A stretch of 32,000 nucleotides of DNA, taken from contig NZ_RSDW01000001.1 in assembly GCF_003945235.1 (NCBI RefSeq), positions 4,020,001 to 4,052,000 on the forward strand, read 5' to 3'. Position numbers and translations under genes: made by a program. Source of the stretch: Edaphobacter aggregans (GTDB lineage Bacteria; Acidobacteriota; Terriglobia; Terriglobales; Acidobacteriaceae). The notes beneath the pieces are model-generated. The model made no database searches. It was not told the DNA's origin and saw only the letters and a list, made by a program, of their open reading frames with translations. This document shows positions 1 to 7,346 of the stretch, one piece after another. Each line of letters begins with the position of its first letter. The first letter of the stretch is position 1.

Positions 1-661
1 GCTGTTTGGCCTGCGGCACGAGCGTCGACTCCGGAAACTGCTGGAGCATTAATCGGTATTCTTCCTGCGCGTGGACGGCCTTAGAGTAGTCGCGGTCTGG
101 CTTGTCCAGCTGACGGAAGTAGATGTCACCGACACGCATCTGAGCCTCAGCAGCCTCAGGTGCATTGGGGAAGAAGGTGATGAAGTCTTTATATTCGCTT
201 TCGGCTTGGGTCAGCGCCGCCGTGCCTCCCTCGCGATACCAGCTGTCAGCGATGGCAAGCTTGGCTTTCATCTGATACTGCGAATCCGGATAAGTATTGA
301 GCAGCGTTTGAAGCGTGAGACGGGCAACGTCGAAGTGACCCTTCTTCGTGGCGTCGAGCGCCTTGTCGTAGAGTTGGCGGTCCGGCAACTTGGCATCGTC
401 GGCAGTCTGCGCGTCTAGCTTCTTCTCCTTGCGCATTTGCTGCTTGGTGTCCTTGGACGGAACGACCTTGTTTTCCTTCTTCGAGGACTTGGTCGGGTTC
501 GTAAGGGTGACGTCCTGACTCTGGCTGGCAGGAGCTGCCGCAGCCTGGGACGAATCGGTCGCCTGTGCGACTGCGGCTGCGGAGAAGGCCAGAAGACTTG
601 CGACGGTAAGTCCGGCTACGACACCGGCCTTGAGACTTGGGAAGAAGGAACGTTCACTCAT
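1..661 (-). CDS. bamD: BamD/YfiO-like outer-membrane assembly TPR protein; 3' end runs off the left window edge
   Basis: Absent from the ORF track because no stop lies in the window. Hand translation of the minus strand from ATG 661..659 stays open to base 1. It gives MSERSFFPSLKAGVVAGLTVASLLAFSAAAVAQA (signal peptide), a Ser/Lys-rich linker, then DRQLYDKALDATKKGHFDVARLTLQTLLNTYPDSQYQMKAKLAIADSWYREGG...EYKDFITFFPNAPEAAEAQMRVGDIYF, a BamD-type TPR pattern. Plus-strand ORFs 71..418 and 437..670 are antisense shadows. Confidence 0.6.
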   Translation of the reverse strand, partial: MSERSFFPSLKAGVVAGLTVASLLAFSAAAVAQATDSSQAAAAPASQSQDVTLTNPTKSSKKENKVVPSKDTKQQMRKEKKLDAQTADDAKLPDRQLYDKALDATKKGHFDVARLTLQTLLNTYPDSQYQMKAKLAIADSWYREGGTAALTQAESEYKDFITFFPNAPEAAEAQMRVGDIYFRQLDKPDRDYSKAVHAQEEYRLMLQQFPESTLVPQAKQ

Positions 662-712
662 CAGCTATAAACCCCATCGGCCTCGCGCATAACGCACAGG
701 CTCGCCTTTATT

Positions 713-1399
713 CTAGTCTTTTCCTGCCACACTTGGGGCATTGACTGCCCTTGCCAGCTCCAGGAACTTACGGGCGTTTTGCTCTGCGCTGCCCGAGTGG
801 AAGATCGCCGAGCCCGCCACGAGCATATCCGCTCCTGCTTCGACCACATCGGCGACCGTATCGTTAGCGATGCCACCGTCCACCTCAATCCGGAAGTTTA
901 GGTCGAGCGCTTCGCGAAGTTCGGCTAGGTAGGCGATTTTATCCAGAGCCAGCGGCAGAAATTTTTGGCCGCCGAAGCCGGGATTGACACTCATTACCAG
1001 GACATGGTGCACCATTGGGAGGACTTCAATCAGGGTTTCGACCGGGGTCGCTGGATTAATTACCACTGCGGGTTGAACGCCGTGATCGGCGATGAGTTGG
1101 AGTGTGCGGTGCAAATGCCGGCAGACCTCCTGGTGCACGCTGATCATGTTTGCACCGGCCGCGGCAAATTCGGGGATGAAGGCGTCCGGATTGTCGATCA
1201 TCAGGTGGCAATCGAGTGGAAGCTTAGTGATCGGGCGCAGCGCCTGCACCATTGGTGGGCCGAAGGTGATATTTGGTACGAAATGGCCATCCATCACGTC
1301 CACGTGGACGATTGTTCCGCCTCCGCGCTCGGCTGCCGCTACTTCGTCGGCCAGATGCGCGAAGTCAGAGGCCAGTATCGAAAATGCCAGTTCTATCAA
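713..1399 (-). CDS. rpe: Ribulose-phosphate 3-epimerase
   Basis: 228-aa ORF carrying the epimerase motif set: SILASDF, VHVDVMDGHFVPNITFGP, DCHLMI, VMSVNPGFGGQKF, IEVDGG. Confidence 0.93.
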   Translation of the reverse strand: MIELAFSILASDFAHLADEVAAAERGGGTIVHVDVMDGHFVPNITFGPPMVQALRPITKLPLDCHLMIDNPDAFIPEFAAAGANMISVHQEVCRHLHRTLQLIADHGVQPAVVINPATPVETLIEVLPMVHHVLVMSVNPGFGGQKFLPLALDKIAYLAELREALDLNFRIEVDGGIANDTVADVVEAGADMLVAGSAIFHSGSAEQNARKFLELARAVNAPSVAGKD

Positions 1400-1454
1400 G
1401 GGATCGCTCCTGCCTGTGAGTTTATCAGCGCAATGTGAGGATCAGGTTGCTACG

Positions 1455-2828
1455 TCACTTTCGTTTGCCAGAGCGCTTTTCCACAACGGGGACGGCGCGT
1501 TCGACGTCGGGACGGCCTTCGTGGAGGATACGTACTTTGGCCTCTTTGGCGGCCTCGCGCTGGATGTCGGGCAATTGTTTGGGTTCTCCCAGAACCATCC
1601 GGGCTGCTCCGCGCAGAATGCGGCGAATTGGCCATGTGCCGTCGGGATTTGGTAGGAAGATCTCGCCTGTTCGCTGTTTCTCGGGGCGGTAATACCAGCG
1701 GCGAAACAGGGAGAGATGGTCACTCAACAGGGCCAGGTCAGTGGATGGGGCGATTTTTGTATCGAGGCTTTCGAGAACGGTTTTGGCGCGCTCTTCTGGC
1801 GATTCAGTCGGCGTTACTGGTTCTCCCTCCAGTGGCACAGCTTGCAGCATTAGGGGCTGGGCGAACAGTGAACTGCCTACGCTGGTCTGCTCTTTGACCG
1901 CGCGTACTCCTAGTGTTGAGAGTCGTTCGGGGCCGGCAAGGCAGCCGCCTTTTAGCAGGAAAATTGCGGCTTGGTCGGCGTGTTGTCCTTCGGGGATGGC
2001 GGCTTCCTGGACGATTATGGCTTGCAGATTCGGGATGGGTTGCACGATCTCGTCGGCTTGGGATGCGGCTGCTTTTACTTTTTGCCATTGAGCGTGGAGG
2101 GTGGCGGCTCTTTCGAATTCCATCTCGGCGGAGGCTTGTTCGCGGTCGGCGCTGATGGCGGCCAGCATGCTTTCGCCCTGAGTGTCGAAAAAGGCTTTAA
2201 CTGCTTTGGTTTCTGCGTCGTACTGCTCGAATGTGCAGGCTTGTTTGCAGGGCTCGAGGCATTTTTTCATCTCGCCGTAGACGCAGCCGGGGTGTTCGGG
2301 GTAGGGGTGGAGGTCTTCGTGGCAGCGGCGGAGTTTGAAGAGGTCGAGGACGGCATCACAGTAGCGTTCGGCGGCGAGGCGGGAGGGGAAGGGGCCGTAA
2401 GTGTTGTCTAATGAGCGCTTGGTGAGGCGGTTGGTGGCGTAGACGCGGGGGTGGGGGTTCTCGATCGCGAAGCGGAGGAAGGTGGGGGTGTGGAGTTTGA
2501 GGCGGCGGCGGGCTTCGGCGTGGCCGAAGAGGGTGGAGGCGGCGTGGTAGAGGACGAGGGAGGACTCGAAGTCGGAGCCGGTGATGCAGTAGTCGATGCG
2601 GGCTACTTTGTCTCTTAGATTCAGGCGTTTGGACTGGGATTCGGGTGGATTGAGGAGGCGGCGCATTCGGCGGCGGAGGTCGGCGGCGCGCGTGAGGTAG
2701 GGCTCGTCGGTGGGGCGGGGGCTTCGGAGGGCGAAGACGCCGGGGAGGACTGGGATGGTGCGGAGGATGGCGTCGGCGTTCTCGGGAGAGAAGTCGATAG
2801 TGTGGTCGAAGGTGAAGGTGGTGGCCAC
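1455..2828 (-). CDS. UvrC N-terminal-half homologue: degenerate GIY-YIG, Cys-rich segment and UVR domain, with no C-terminal endonuclease or HhH
   Basis: 457-aa ORF. PGVFAL...EPYLTRAADLRRRMRRLL resembles GIY...YVGKA.nLr.R. GCVYGEMKKCLEPCKQACTFEQYD matches the UvrC Cys cluster. SAEMEFERAATLHAQWQKVKAA looks like a UVR motif. The protein ends before the RNase-H-like/HhH part of a full-length UvrC (about 600 aa). Confidence 0.55.
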   Translation of the reverse strand: MATTFTFDHTIDFSPENADAILRTIPVLPGVFALRSPRPTDEPYLTRAADLRRRMRRLLNPPESQSKRLNLRDKVARIDYCITGSDFESSLVLYHAASTLFGHAEARRRLKLHTPTFLRFAIENPHPRVYATNRLTKRSLDNTYGPFPSRLAAERYCDAVLDLFKLRRCHEDLHPYPEHPGCVYGEMKKCLEPCKQACTFEQYDAETKAVKAFFDTQGESMLAAISADREQASAEMEFERAATLHAQWQKVKAAASQADEIVQPIPNLQAIIVQEAAIPEGQHADQAAIFLLKGGCLAGPERLSTLGVRAVKEQTSVGSSLFAQPLMLQAVPLEGEPVTPTESPEERAKTVLESLDTKIAPSTDLALLSDHLSLFRRWYYRPEKQRTGEIFLPNPDGTWPIRRILRGAARMVLGEPKQLPDIQREAAKEAKVRILHEGRPDVERAVPVVEKRSGKRK

Positions 2829-2960
2829 TCAAAAGAATTGTAGACGCGGGGATTTTGTGTCGGGATTTTTGGGTGATTTTTTTGGGGTGTCGTGGCAGGG
2901 TGCTTTTTCGTTGTTTTACTGGGGTCTTTGCAAAAGTGGGCGGTGGATGGATGGCTTTTT

Positions 2961-3006
2961 GTGGTTAGTTGGTGGTGAAAAGTGTGGCTAGGCTGGTTTG
3001 TTGATG
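2961..3006 (+). repeat. Copy 1 of a 46-nt conserved intergenic motif with two TGGTTWGTTG direct repeats
   Basis: gtggttagttggtggtgaaaagtgtggctaggctggtttgttgatg matches 25438..25483 at about 41/46 positions by eye. The internal direct repeats tggttagttg (2962..2971) and tggtttgttg (2994..3003) are 32 nt apart. Confidence 0.6.
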
Positions 3007-3086
3007 TGTCTTTTTGAGAGGTCAAAAAATCGGCACGAATTGGAAATATTTTTTCGAGGGCGTTTTTATGGGTTGACGATGATGGT

Positions 3087-3113
3087 GATTAGTATCACAA
3101 TGTGATTCTAATC
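3087..3113. promoter_or_regulatory. 27-bp near-perfect palindrome abutting the padR start codon; candidate PadR auto-operator overlapping a sigma70-like promoter
   Basis: GATTAGTATCACA-A-TGTGATTCTAATC has 12 of 13 arm positions complementary, with a perfect core ATCACAaTGTGAT. TTGACG at 3073..3078 plus a 17-nt spacer gives CACAAT at 3096..3101, inside the palindrome. The ATG is at 3114. Confidence 0.45.
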
Positions 3114-3440
3114 ATGCTTGGTGAATTCGAATACGTGTTGCTTACGGCGGCTGCCGGACTTGGAGACAAGGCTTATGGGGCTGCGATGCGGGAGGAGATC
3201 GAGGCGACGACCGGGAGGAAGTGCTCGCTTGGGGCGCTGTATACGACGATCGATCGGTTGGAGGCTAAGGGGCTGGTGACGACGTGGATGAGCGATGCGA
3301 CTCCGCAGCGGGGTGGGCGGGCGAAGCGGATGGTTCGCGTGACGGCGAAGGGCGTCGAGGAGGCGAAGGAGTTTTATGACGCAGTGATGCGGGTGAGCCG
3401 CGGAGCTTCGTGGGTTGTGGGTAAGACGGGGAGGGCGTGA
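3114..3440 (+). CDS. PadR-family transcriptional regulator
   Basis: MLGEFEYVLLTAAAGLGDKAYGAAMREEIE...SLGALYTTIDRLEAKGLV...GGRAKRMVRVTAKG is a winged-helix PadR pattern. The track start (GTG 3102) lies inside the palindrome, so I prefer ATG 3114. Confidence 0.85.
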   Translation: MLGEFEYVLLTAAAGLGDKAYGAAMREEIEATTGRKCSLGALYTTIDRLEAKGLVTTWMSDATPQRGGRAKRMVRVTAKGVEEAKEFYDAVMRVSRGASWVVGKTGRA

Positions 3441-4102
3441 TGGTGCGTCTGGACTGGCGTGTGGTGGAGGGTGCGGCGGGGCTGCTGGGGTGTGAGGATC
3501 GCGAGGCGGTGCTTGGTGATCTGGTCGAGGCTGGCGAGGGTGCGTGGCGCGGGTTGCTGGATGTGCTTGGGTTGGTGGTGCGAAGGCAGACGGAGCTTTG
3601 GAGGAGTTGGCGGCCCTGGGTCGCGGCGTTGGGTGTGGCGCTGCCGTTTAGTTTTCTGCTGATGGGGTTTTCGGTTTCGGTGAGTCTGGGGTATCGGCAG
3701 GTAACGTTGCATGGCGGGTGGCTGGGGCTGGCTGGTCGTGCGGTGCTTCTTGTTGTGCTGGCTTGGGCGAGTGGGTTTGTTGTGGGGTCGGTTTCTCGGC
3801 GGACTTTGTGGGTGAGTGTGGTCGCTACGCTTTCGCCTTGCTTGTTTTGTCTGGCTCGGTTTCGGATTGCTTCGTTGTCGCGGGGTTGTTTGTTGTTGTT
3901 TGTTTTGCCTGCGGTGCTTGGGGTTTGGTGGGGGTTGCGTGGGCGGACGGTAGGGGCTGGGGTGGGTTTGATGTTGGCGTTGGGAGTGTCGATGGGAATG
4001 GGGCTTTGGGGAGGGTGGTGGGGGAATTGGTTTTTGGTTTGGCCGGTTTGGTATTTGGTCGTTTTGGGTAGAGGGGATGAGAAGGCATACCCCAGGGGCT
4101 GA
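3437..4102 (+). CDS. PadR-associated polytopic membrane protein, function unknown
   Basis: Its ATG overlaps the padR stop (ATGA at 3437..3440). The N-terminal cytoplasmic segment contains EAVLGDLVEAGEG, followed by 4 to 6 hydrophobic, Trp/Gly-rich segments. Coding on this strand is supported by the coupling and by the terminator at its stop codon. Confidence 0.55.
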   Translation: MMVRLDWRVVEGAAGLLGCEDREAVLGDLVEAGEGAWRGLLDVLGLVVRRQTELWRSWRPWVAALGVALPFSFLLMGFSVSVSLGYRQVTLHGGWLGLAGRAVLLVVLAWASGFVVGSVSRRTLWVSVVATLSPCLFCLARFRIASLSRGCLLLFVLPAVLGVWWGLRGRTVGAGVGLMLALGVSMGMGLWGGWWGNWFLVWPVWYLVVLGRGDEKAYPRG

Positions 4103-4114
4103 GCCCCTTTTTTT
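4094..4114 (+). terminator. Rho-independent terminator of the padR operon
   Basis: AGGGGC-tga-GCCCCT hairpin (4094..4108; the loop is the stop codon) followed by a T7 run to 4114. Confidence 0.55.
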
Positions 4115-4137
4115 GAAGGGTGGTTGACGAACAAAAC

Positions 4138-4238
4138 AACGGCAACTGCAACCACAACTGCAACACCAAAGGCGAAATGCGGTCTCTCCACTGCGCAACA
4201 GACGGGTGAGGCCGTCCGTTGCTTCGGTCGAGATGACG
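4138..4238 (+). repeat. Composite short-repeat cluster: (GCAACN)n tract plus two degenerate family-A units
   Basis: caacggcaactgcaaccacaactgcaac is followed by ggcgaaatgcggtctctccactgcgcaacagacgg and gccgtccgttgcttcggtcgagatgacg. These are related to cgaaatgcgggggttcttcgctgcgctcagaatgac at 20481, 25927 and 28988. Confidence 0.5.
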
Positions 4239-4283
4239 ATGCTTTTTGATGTGCTGCAGAGTGCTTATCGGAGGGGAACTGTA

Positions 4284-5369
4284 ATGGCAGAGGCGAAGAG
4301 GCAGACGATTATTGCGGTGATCGTGGCGGTTGTGGCTTGTCTCGGTTTGTCGGTGATGCCTTTGTGGGGACAGGCGGTGGGGAGCCGGGTGGTGGAGCGC
4401 GAGATACAGTCGAAGAACTTTGCTCAGAATAAGATCGGGACGAGTGCGGTGCGGAAGCTGGTGGTGTATCTGCCTGCGGGTTATGACGGGGCTGGGAGTG
4501 ATGGGACGAAGCGGTATCCGGTGATTTATTTTTTGCCTAATCCCCTTGTGGGCTATCGGGATTTGTTCGATAAGAATGGGGCGCAGGCGTTGTTTGATCG
4601 TGCGGTGGCGGCGCATGCGATTGGCGGGTTCGTCTTTGTGTCAGTGGATATGACTACGCCGCTGGGAAGCTCGTGGTATGTGAACTCTCCTGTGACGGGG
4701 AACTGGGAAGACTTTGTGGTGCAGGAGTTGGTGCCCTACATGGATGCGAACTTCCGGACGCTGGCTGCGCGGGATTCGCGGGGGATTGCGGGGGATTTCA
4801 TGGGCGGGTATGGGGCGATCCGGTTTGGGATGAAACATCCGGAGGTGTTTGGGTCGGTGTATGCGCTGCATCCGGTAGGGACGGGGTCGGGGGTGCAGGT
4901 GATGTATTCACGGCCGAACTGGGATCTGCTGGCAAATGCGACGTCGCTAGATGATGTGAAGAAGGATGGGTTTTCGACGATTTTTACGAGTATCTTTCAG
5001 GCGCATTTGCCGGATGTGGACAGGCCTCCACTGTTTATTGATTTGCAGGCGCATAAGGTGGGGGATCGGCTGGTGATCGATACGAAGGTGACGGAGCGGC
5101 TGCGGGAGAACTTCTTTATTGAGTCGATGGTTCCGAGGTATGCGGATAATTTGAAGTCGCTGCGGGGGTTCAAGTTTGATTGGTCGCGGAACGATACGAA
5201 TATGGACCATATTTACTCGAACCAGGCGCTGACGCATAAGCTGAATGAGTTTGGGGTTCCGCATGAGGCGGAGGAGTACAACGGGTCGTGGGGGGATGGG
5301 GTTTGGGGGAAGAATGGTCGGATGGCTGCGGAGGTGTTGCCGTTTTTTGAGAGGTGTTTGGTGTTTTGA
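4284..5369 (+). CDS. Secreted or anchored esterase-family (esterase D / enterochelin-esterase-like alpha/beta hydrolase) protein with the nucleophile position occupied by Phe
   Basis: GGAGGGG RBS lies 7 nt before ATG 4284, which gives the signal/anchor MAEAKRQTIIAVIVAVVACLGLSVMPLWGQA. The track start at 4206 lies in the repeat cluster. Family pattern: RYPVIYFLP...VSVDM...WEDFVVQELVPYMDANF...RGIAGDFMGGYGAIRFGMKHPEVFGSVYALHP. The usual G-x-S-M-G-G reads G-D-F-M-G-G. Confidence 0.7.
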   Translation: MAEAKRQTIIAVIVAVVACLGLSVMPLWGQAVGSRVVEREIQSKNFAQNKIGTSAVRKLVVYLPAGYDGAGSDGTKRYPVIYFLPNPLVGYRDLFDKNGAQALFDRAVAAHAIGGFVFVSVDMTTPLGSSWYVNSPVTGNWEDFVVQELVPYMDANFRTLAARDSRGIAGDFMGGYGAIRFGMKHPEVFGSVYALHPVGTGSGVQVMYSRPNWDLLANATSLDDVKKDGFSTIFTSIFQAHLPDVDRPPLFIDLQAHKVGDRLVIDTKVTERLRENFFIESMVPRYADNLKSLRGFKFDWSRNDTNMDHIYSNQALTHKLNEFGVPHEAEEYNGSWGDGVWGKNGRMAAEVLPFFERCLVF

Positions 5370-5438
5370 GGAAGTGGATCGCGCTTTCGTGCGATTGTTC
5401 CACTTGTTCGCTACGACCGCATGAATGGGGTACCCGGC

Positions 5439-5807
5439 CTATTTACTTCTTGAGAAAAATTGCACGATGATCACGTAGATAAAGAAGATGAGACCGATGG
5501 CCGTGATGGCGAGCCGAATGTCGGACGAAAGCGGCTTGGATTCGAGAGAATAGTAATGTGAAGGCTTTCGAGGGTCGAATTGAATGTCGAAGGTGTCGGC
5601 AATTGCTAAGCCGTATAACGAGGAGTTGTCATTAACGAAAAACTTTCCGCTCTCGATGGAGCCATCTGGGGTTGAGTAGGAGAAGAAGATGTTCATCGTT
5701 CGGCCGCCACGCCCTCCCTCCGATACGATTTCGGTTGAAGTGACTGTTGCCGTGACAGTGGGCCATTTGTCGATGCCTCGCCATTTGTAGAGTTGTTCTG
5801 TGAGCAT
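5439..5807 (-). CDS. Small membrane-anchored protein, DUF3592-like, in a lower-GC patch
   Basis: 122-aa ORF with a beta-rich soluble part (WPTVTATVTSTEIV...MNIFFSYSTPDGSIESGKFFV) and a C-terminal TM segment LAITAIGLIFFIYVIIVQFF. It is visibly AT-richer than its neighbours. Confidence 0.5.
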   Translation of the reverse strand: MLTEQLYKWRGIDKWPTVTATVTSTEIVSEGGRGGRTMNIFFSYSTPDGSIESGKFFVNDNSSLYGLAIADTFDIQFDPRKPSHYYSLESKPLSSDIRLAITAIGLIFFIYVIIVQFFSRSK

Positions 5808-5884
5808 GGGACAAACAGTATGACACTGTATCGTGCTGTGTTAACGGGTTTTTCGGGACTGGGAGAGAAAGGCGGCAGCAGCGA

Positions 5885-7276
5885 TCAGGCTCCGGCTATG
5901 GTCATGCCTTCTACGCGGATGGTGGGGGCAGCGCTGGAGCCTCGGAAGACGAGGTCGTTGCCTATGGCTACGATGTTGCGGTACATGTCCTTGAGGTTGC
6001 CGGCTATGGTGATCTCTTCGACGGGGTAGGTTAGTTCTCCGTTTTCGATCCAGACGCCACTGGCGCCTTGTGAGTAATCGCCTGTCACGAGGTTGACGCC
6101 GAAGCCCATGGTCTCGGTGACGTAGAGGCCACTCTGGACGTCGCCGATGATCTCGTCGGGGCGGAGTGTTCCGGGTTCGAGGTAGAAGTTTCCGGCGCCT
6201 ATGCCGGGGTTGCCGGCGAGGCCGCGGGAGGCGTTGCCGGTGGACTTCATGCCTAGCTTGCGGGCGGTGTAGGTGTTCATGGCGTAGTTCTTGAGGATGC
6301 CGTTTTCGACGAGGACGGTGCGGCGCGAAGGGAGGCCTTCGCCGTCGAAGGGCGAGGTGCCGAAGCCGCCGATGCTTGCTCCATCCTCGAAGCGATGGAT
6401 GAGGGTGCCGTCGTCGATGACGGTGACGTTTTCGCCTGCGACCTGTTGGCCGAGCATGTCGGCGAAAAAGGTGGCGTGGCGGTAGATGGCGTCGCCGTTG
6501 GCTGCGTCGAAGATGTTGCCGATGATGGAGCGGGAGATTTCGGGCGAGAAGACTACGGGGGCCTTCTGGGTTTTTACTTGCCGTGCGCCGAGGCGGCTTA
6601 GGGTGCGGCGGGCTGCTTCCTGGCCGATCTCTTCGGGAGATTCGAGCTTGCTGGCTGAGCGCGAGTTCGAGTACCAGTAGTTGCGCTGCATGCCGCCTTT
6701 GTCGTCGATGGCGATGGGGACGGCGGAGAAGCCACAGTAGGAGCGGCGATACTCGCCGGTGAAGCCGCGGGAGTTCATGAGGATCTTGTGCGATGTGGCG
6801 GCCTCGAAGTCTGCGCCGCCGGAGTTCTGGATGCGGGTGTCGTAGGCCATGGCGGCGGCTTCGGCGCGGCGGGCGATCTCGATGCGCTCGGCTGGGGGCT
6901 GCTCGTTGACGTCGTCGAAGTAGAGCTTGAGGTCGCCTGTGAGTTGGCCGAATTCTTCGCGCTCGGGAAGGCCGGCGAAGGGGTCTTCGCTGGTGATCTT
7001 TGCGAGTGTGATTGCGCCGTCGACGAGGCGCTCGATGGAGTCGGTGGAGAAGTCGGAGGAGGAGGTGCTGGCGGTACGCTGGCCGATAAAGACGCGGAGG
7101 CCAACGGCGCGGGAGCCGGATTCTTTGAGGGTTTCGACCTGGCCGAGACGGACCTTGGCGTTGAACTCGTCGCCTTCGTAGACGACGGCTTCGGCGTCGG
7201 TGGCTCCGGCCTTGAGGGCTCGGGTGAGGACTTCGGAGGCTAGCTGCTGGAGGTCGGTCTTTGTTTCGGTGGGCAT
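5885..7276 (-). CDS. pmbA: PmbA/TldE, the non-catalytic partner in the TldD/PmbA metalloprotease family
   Basis: 463-aa ORF with the typical PmbA N-terminus (LASEVLTRALKAGATDAEAVV...GSRAVGLRVF) and C-terminus (GDYSQGASGVWIENGELTYPVEEITIAGNL). No HExxxH motif. Confidence 0.9.
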   Translation of the reverse strand: MPTETKTDLQQLASEVLTRALKAGATDAEAVVYEGDEFNAKVRLGQVETLKESGSRAVGLRVFIGQRTASTSSSDFSTDSIERLVDGAITLAKITSEDPFAGLPEREEFGQLTGDLKLYFDDVNEQPPAERIEIARRAEAAAMAYDTRIQNSGGADFEAATSHKILMNSRGFTGEYRRSYCGFSAVPIAIDDKGGMQRNYWYSNSRSASKLESPEEIGQEAARRTLSRLGARQVKTQKAPVVFSPEISRSIIGNIFDAANGDAIYRHATFFADMLGQQVAGENVTVIDDGTLIHRFEDGASIGGFGTSPFDGEGLPSRRTVLVENGILKNYAMNTYTARKLGMKSTGNASRGLAGNPGIGAGNFYLEPGTLRPDEIIGDVQSGLYVTETMGFGVNLVTGDYSQGASGVWIENGELTYPVEEITIAGNLKDMYRNIVAIGNDLVFRGSSAAPTIRVEGMTIAGA

Positions 7277-7346
7277 GTGTTCTTCAAGGATAGCCCACTG
7301 CGCGAAAGTCGTTATTCTGGACTCGGATGCAGCTTGTGAACGCGGT

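Noticed and set aside
2621-3025. Small-protein family suggested by the shared peptide HTFHHQ(L/Q)TT in track ORFs 2621..3025 and 25329..25511.
   Set aside because: Similarity is confined to the ~50-nt nucleotide motif and stops abruptly on both sides. Substitutions are not biased to synonymous positions. One ORF overlaps the UvrC-like gene start. The shared peptide is treated as a by-product of a DNA/RNA-level motif.
4206-4283. Track N-terminal extensions of several genes: 4206 (esterase), 7200 (OMP), 8102 (cyclase), 12409 (GNAT), 14609 (GH16), 25506, 27205 (kdsA) and 28480 (MarR-GNAT).
   Set aside because: Each extension overlaps a neighbouring gene, repeat or operator. Each also has an internal start with a better RBS and/or one that begins a signal peptide or the conserved family N-terminus.
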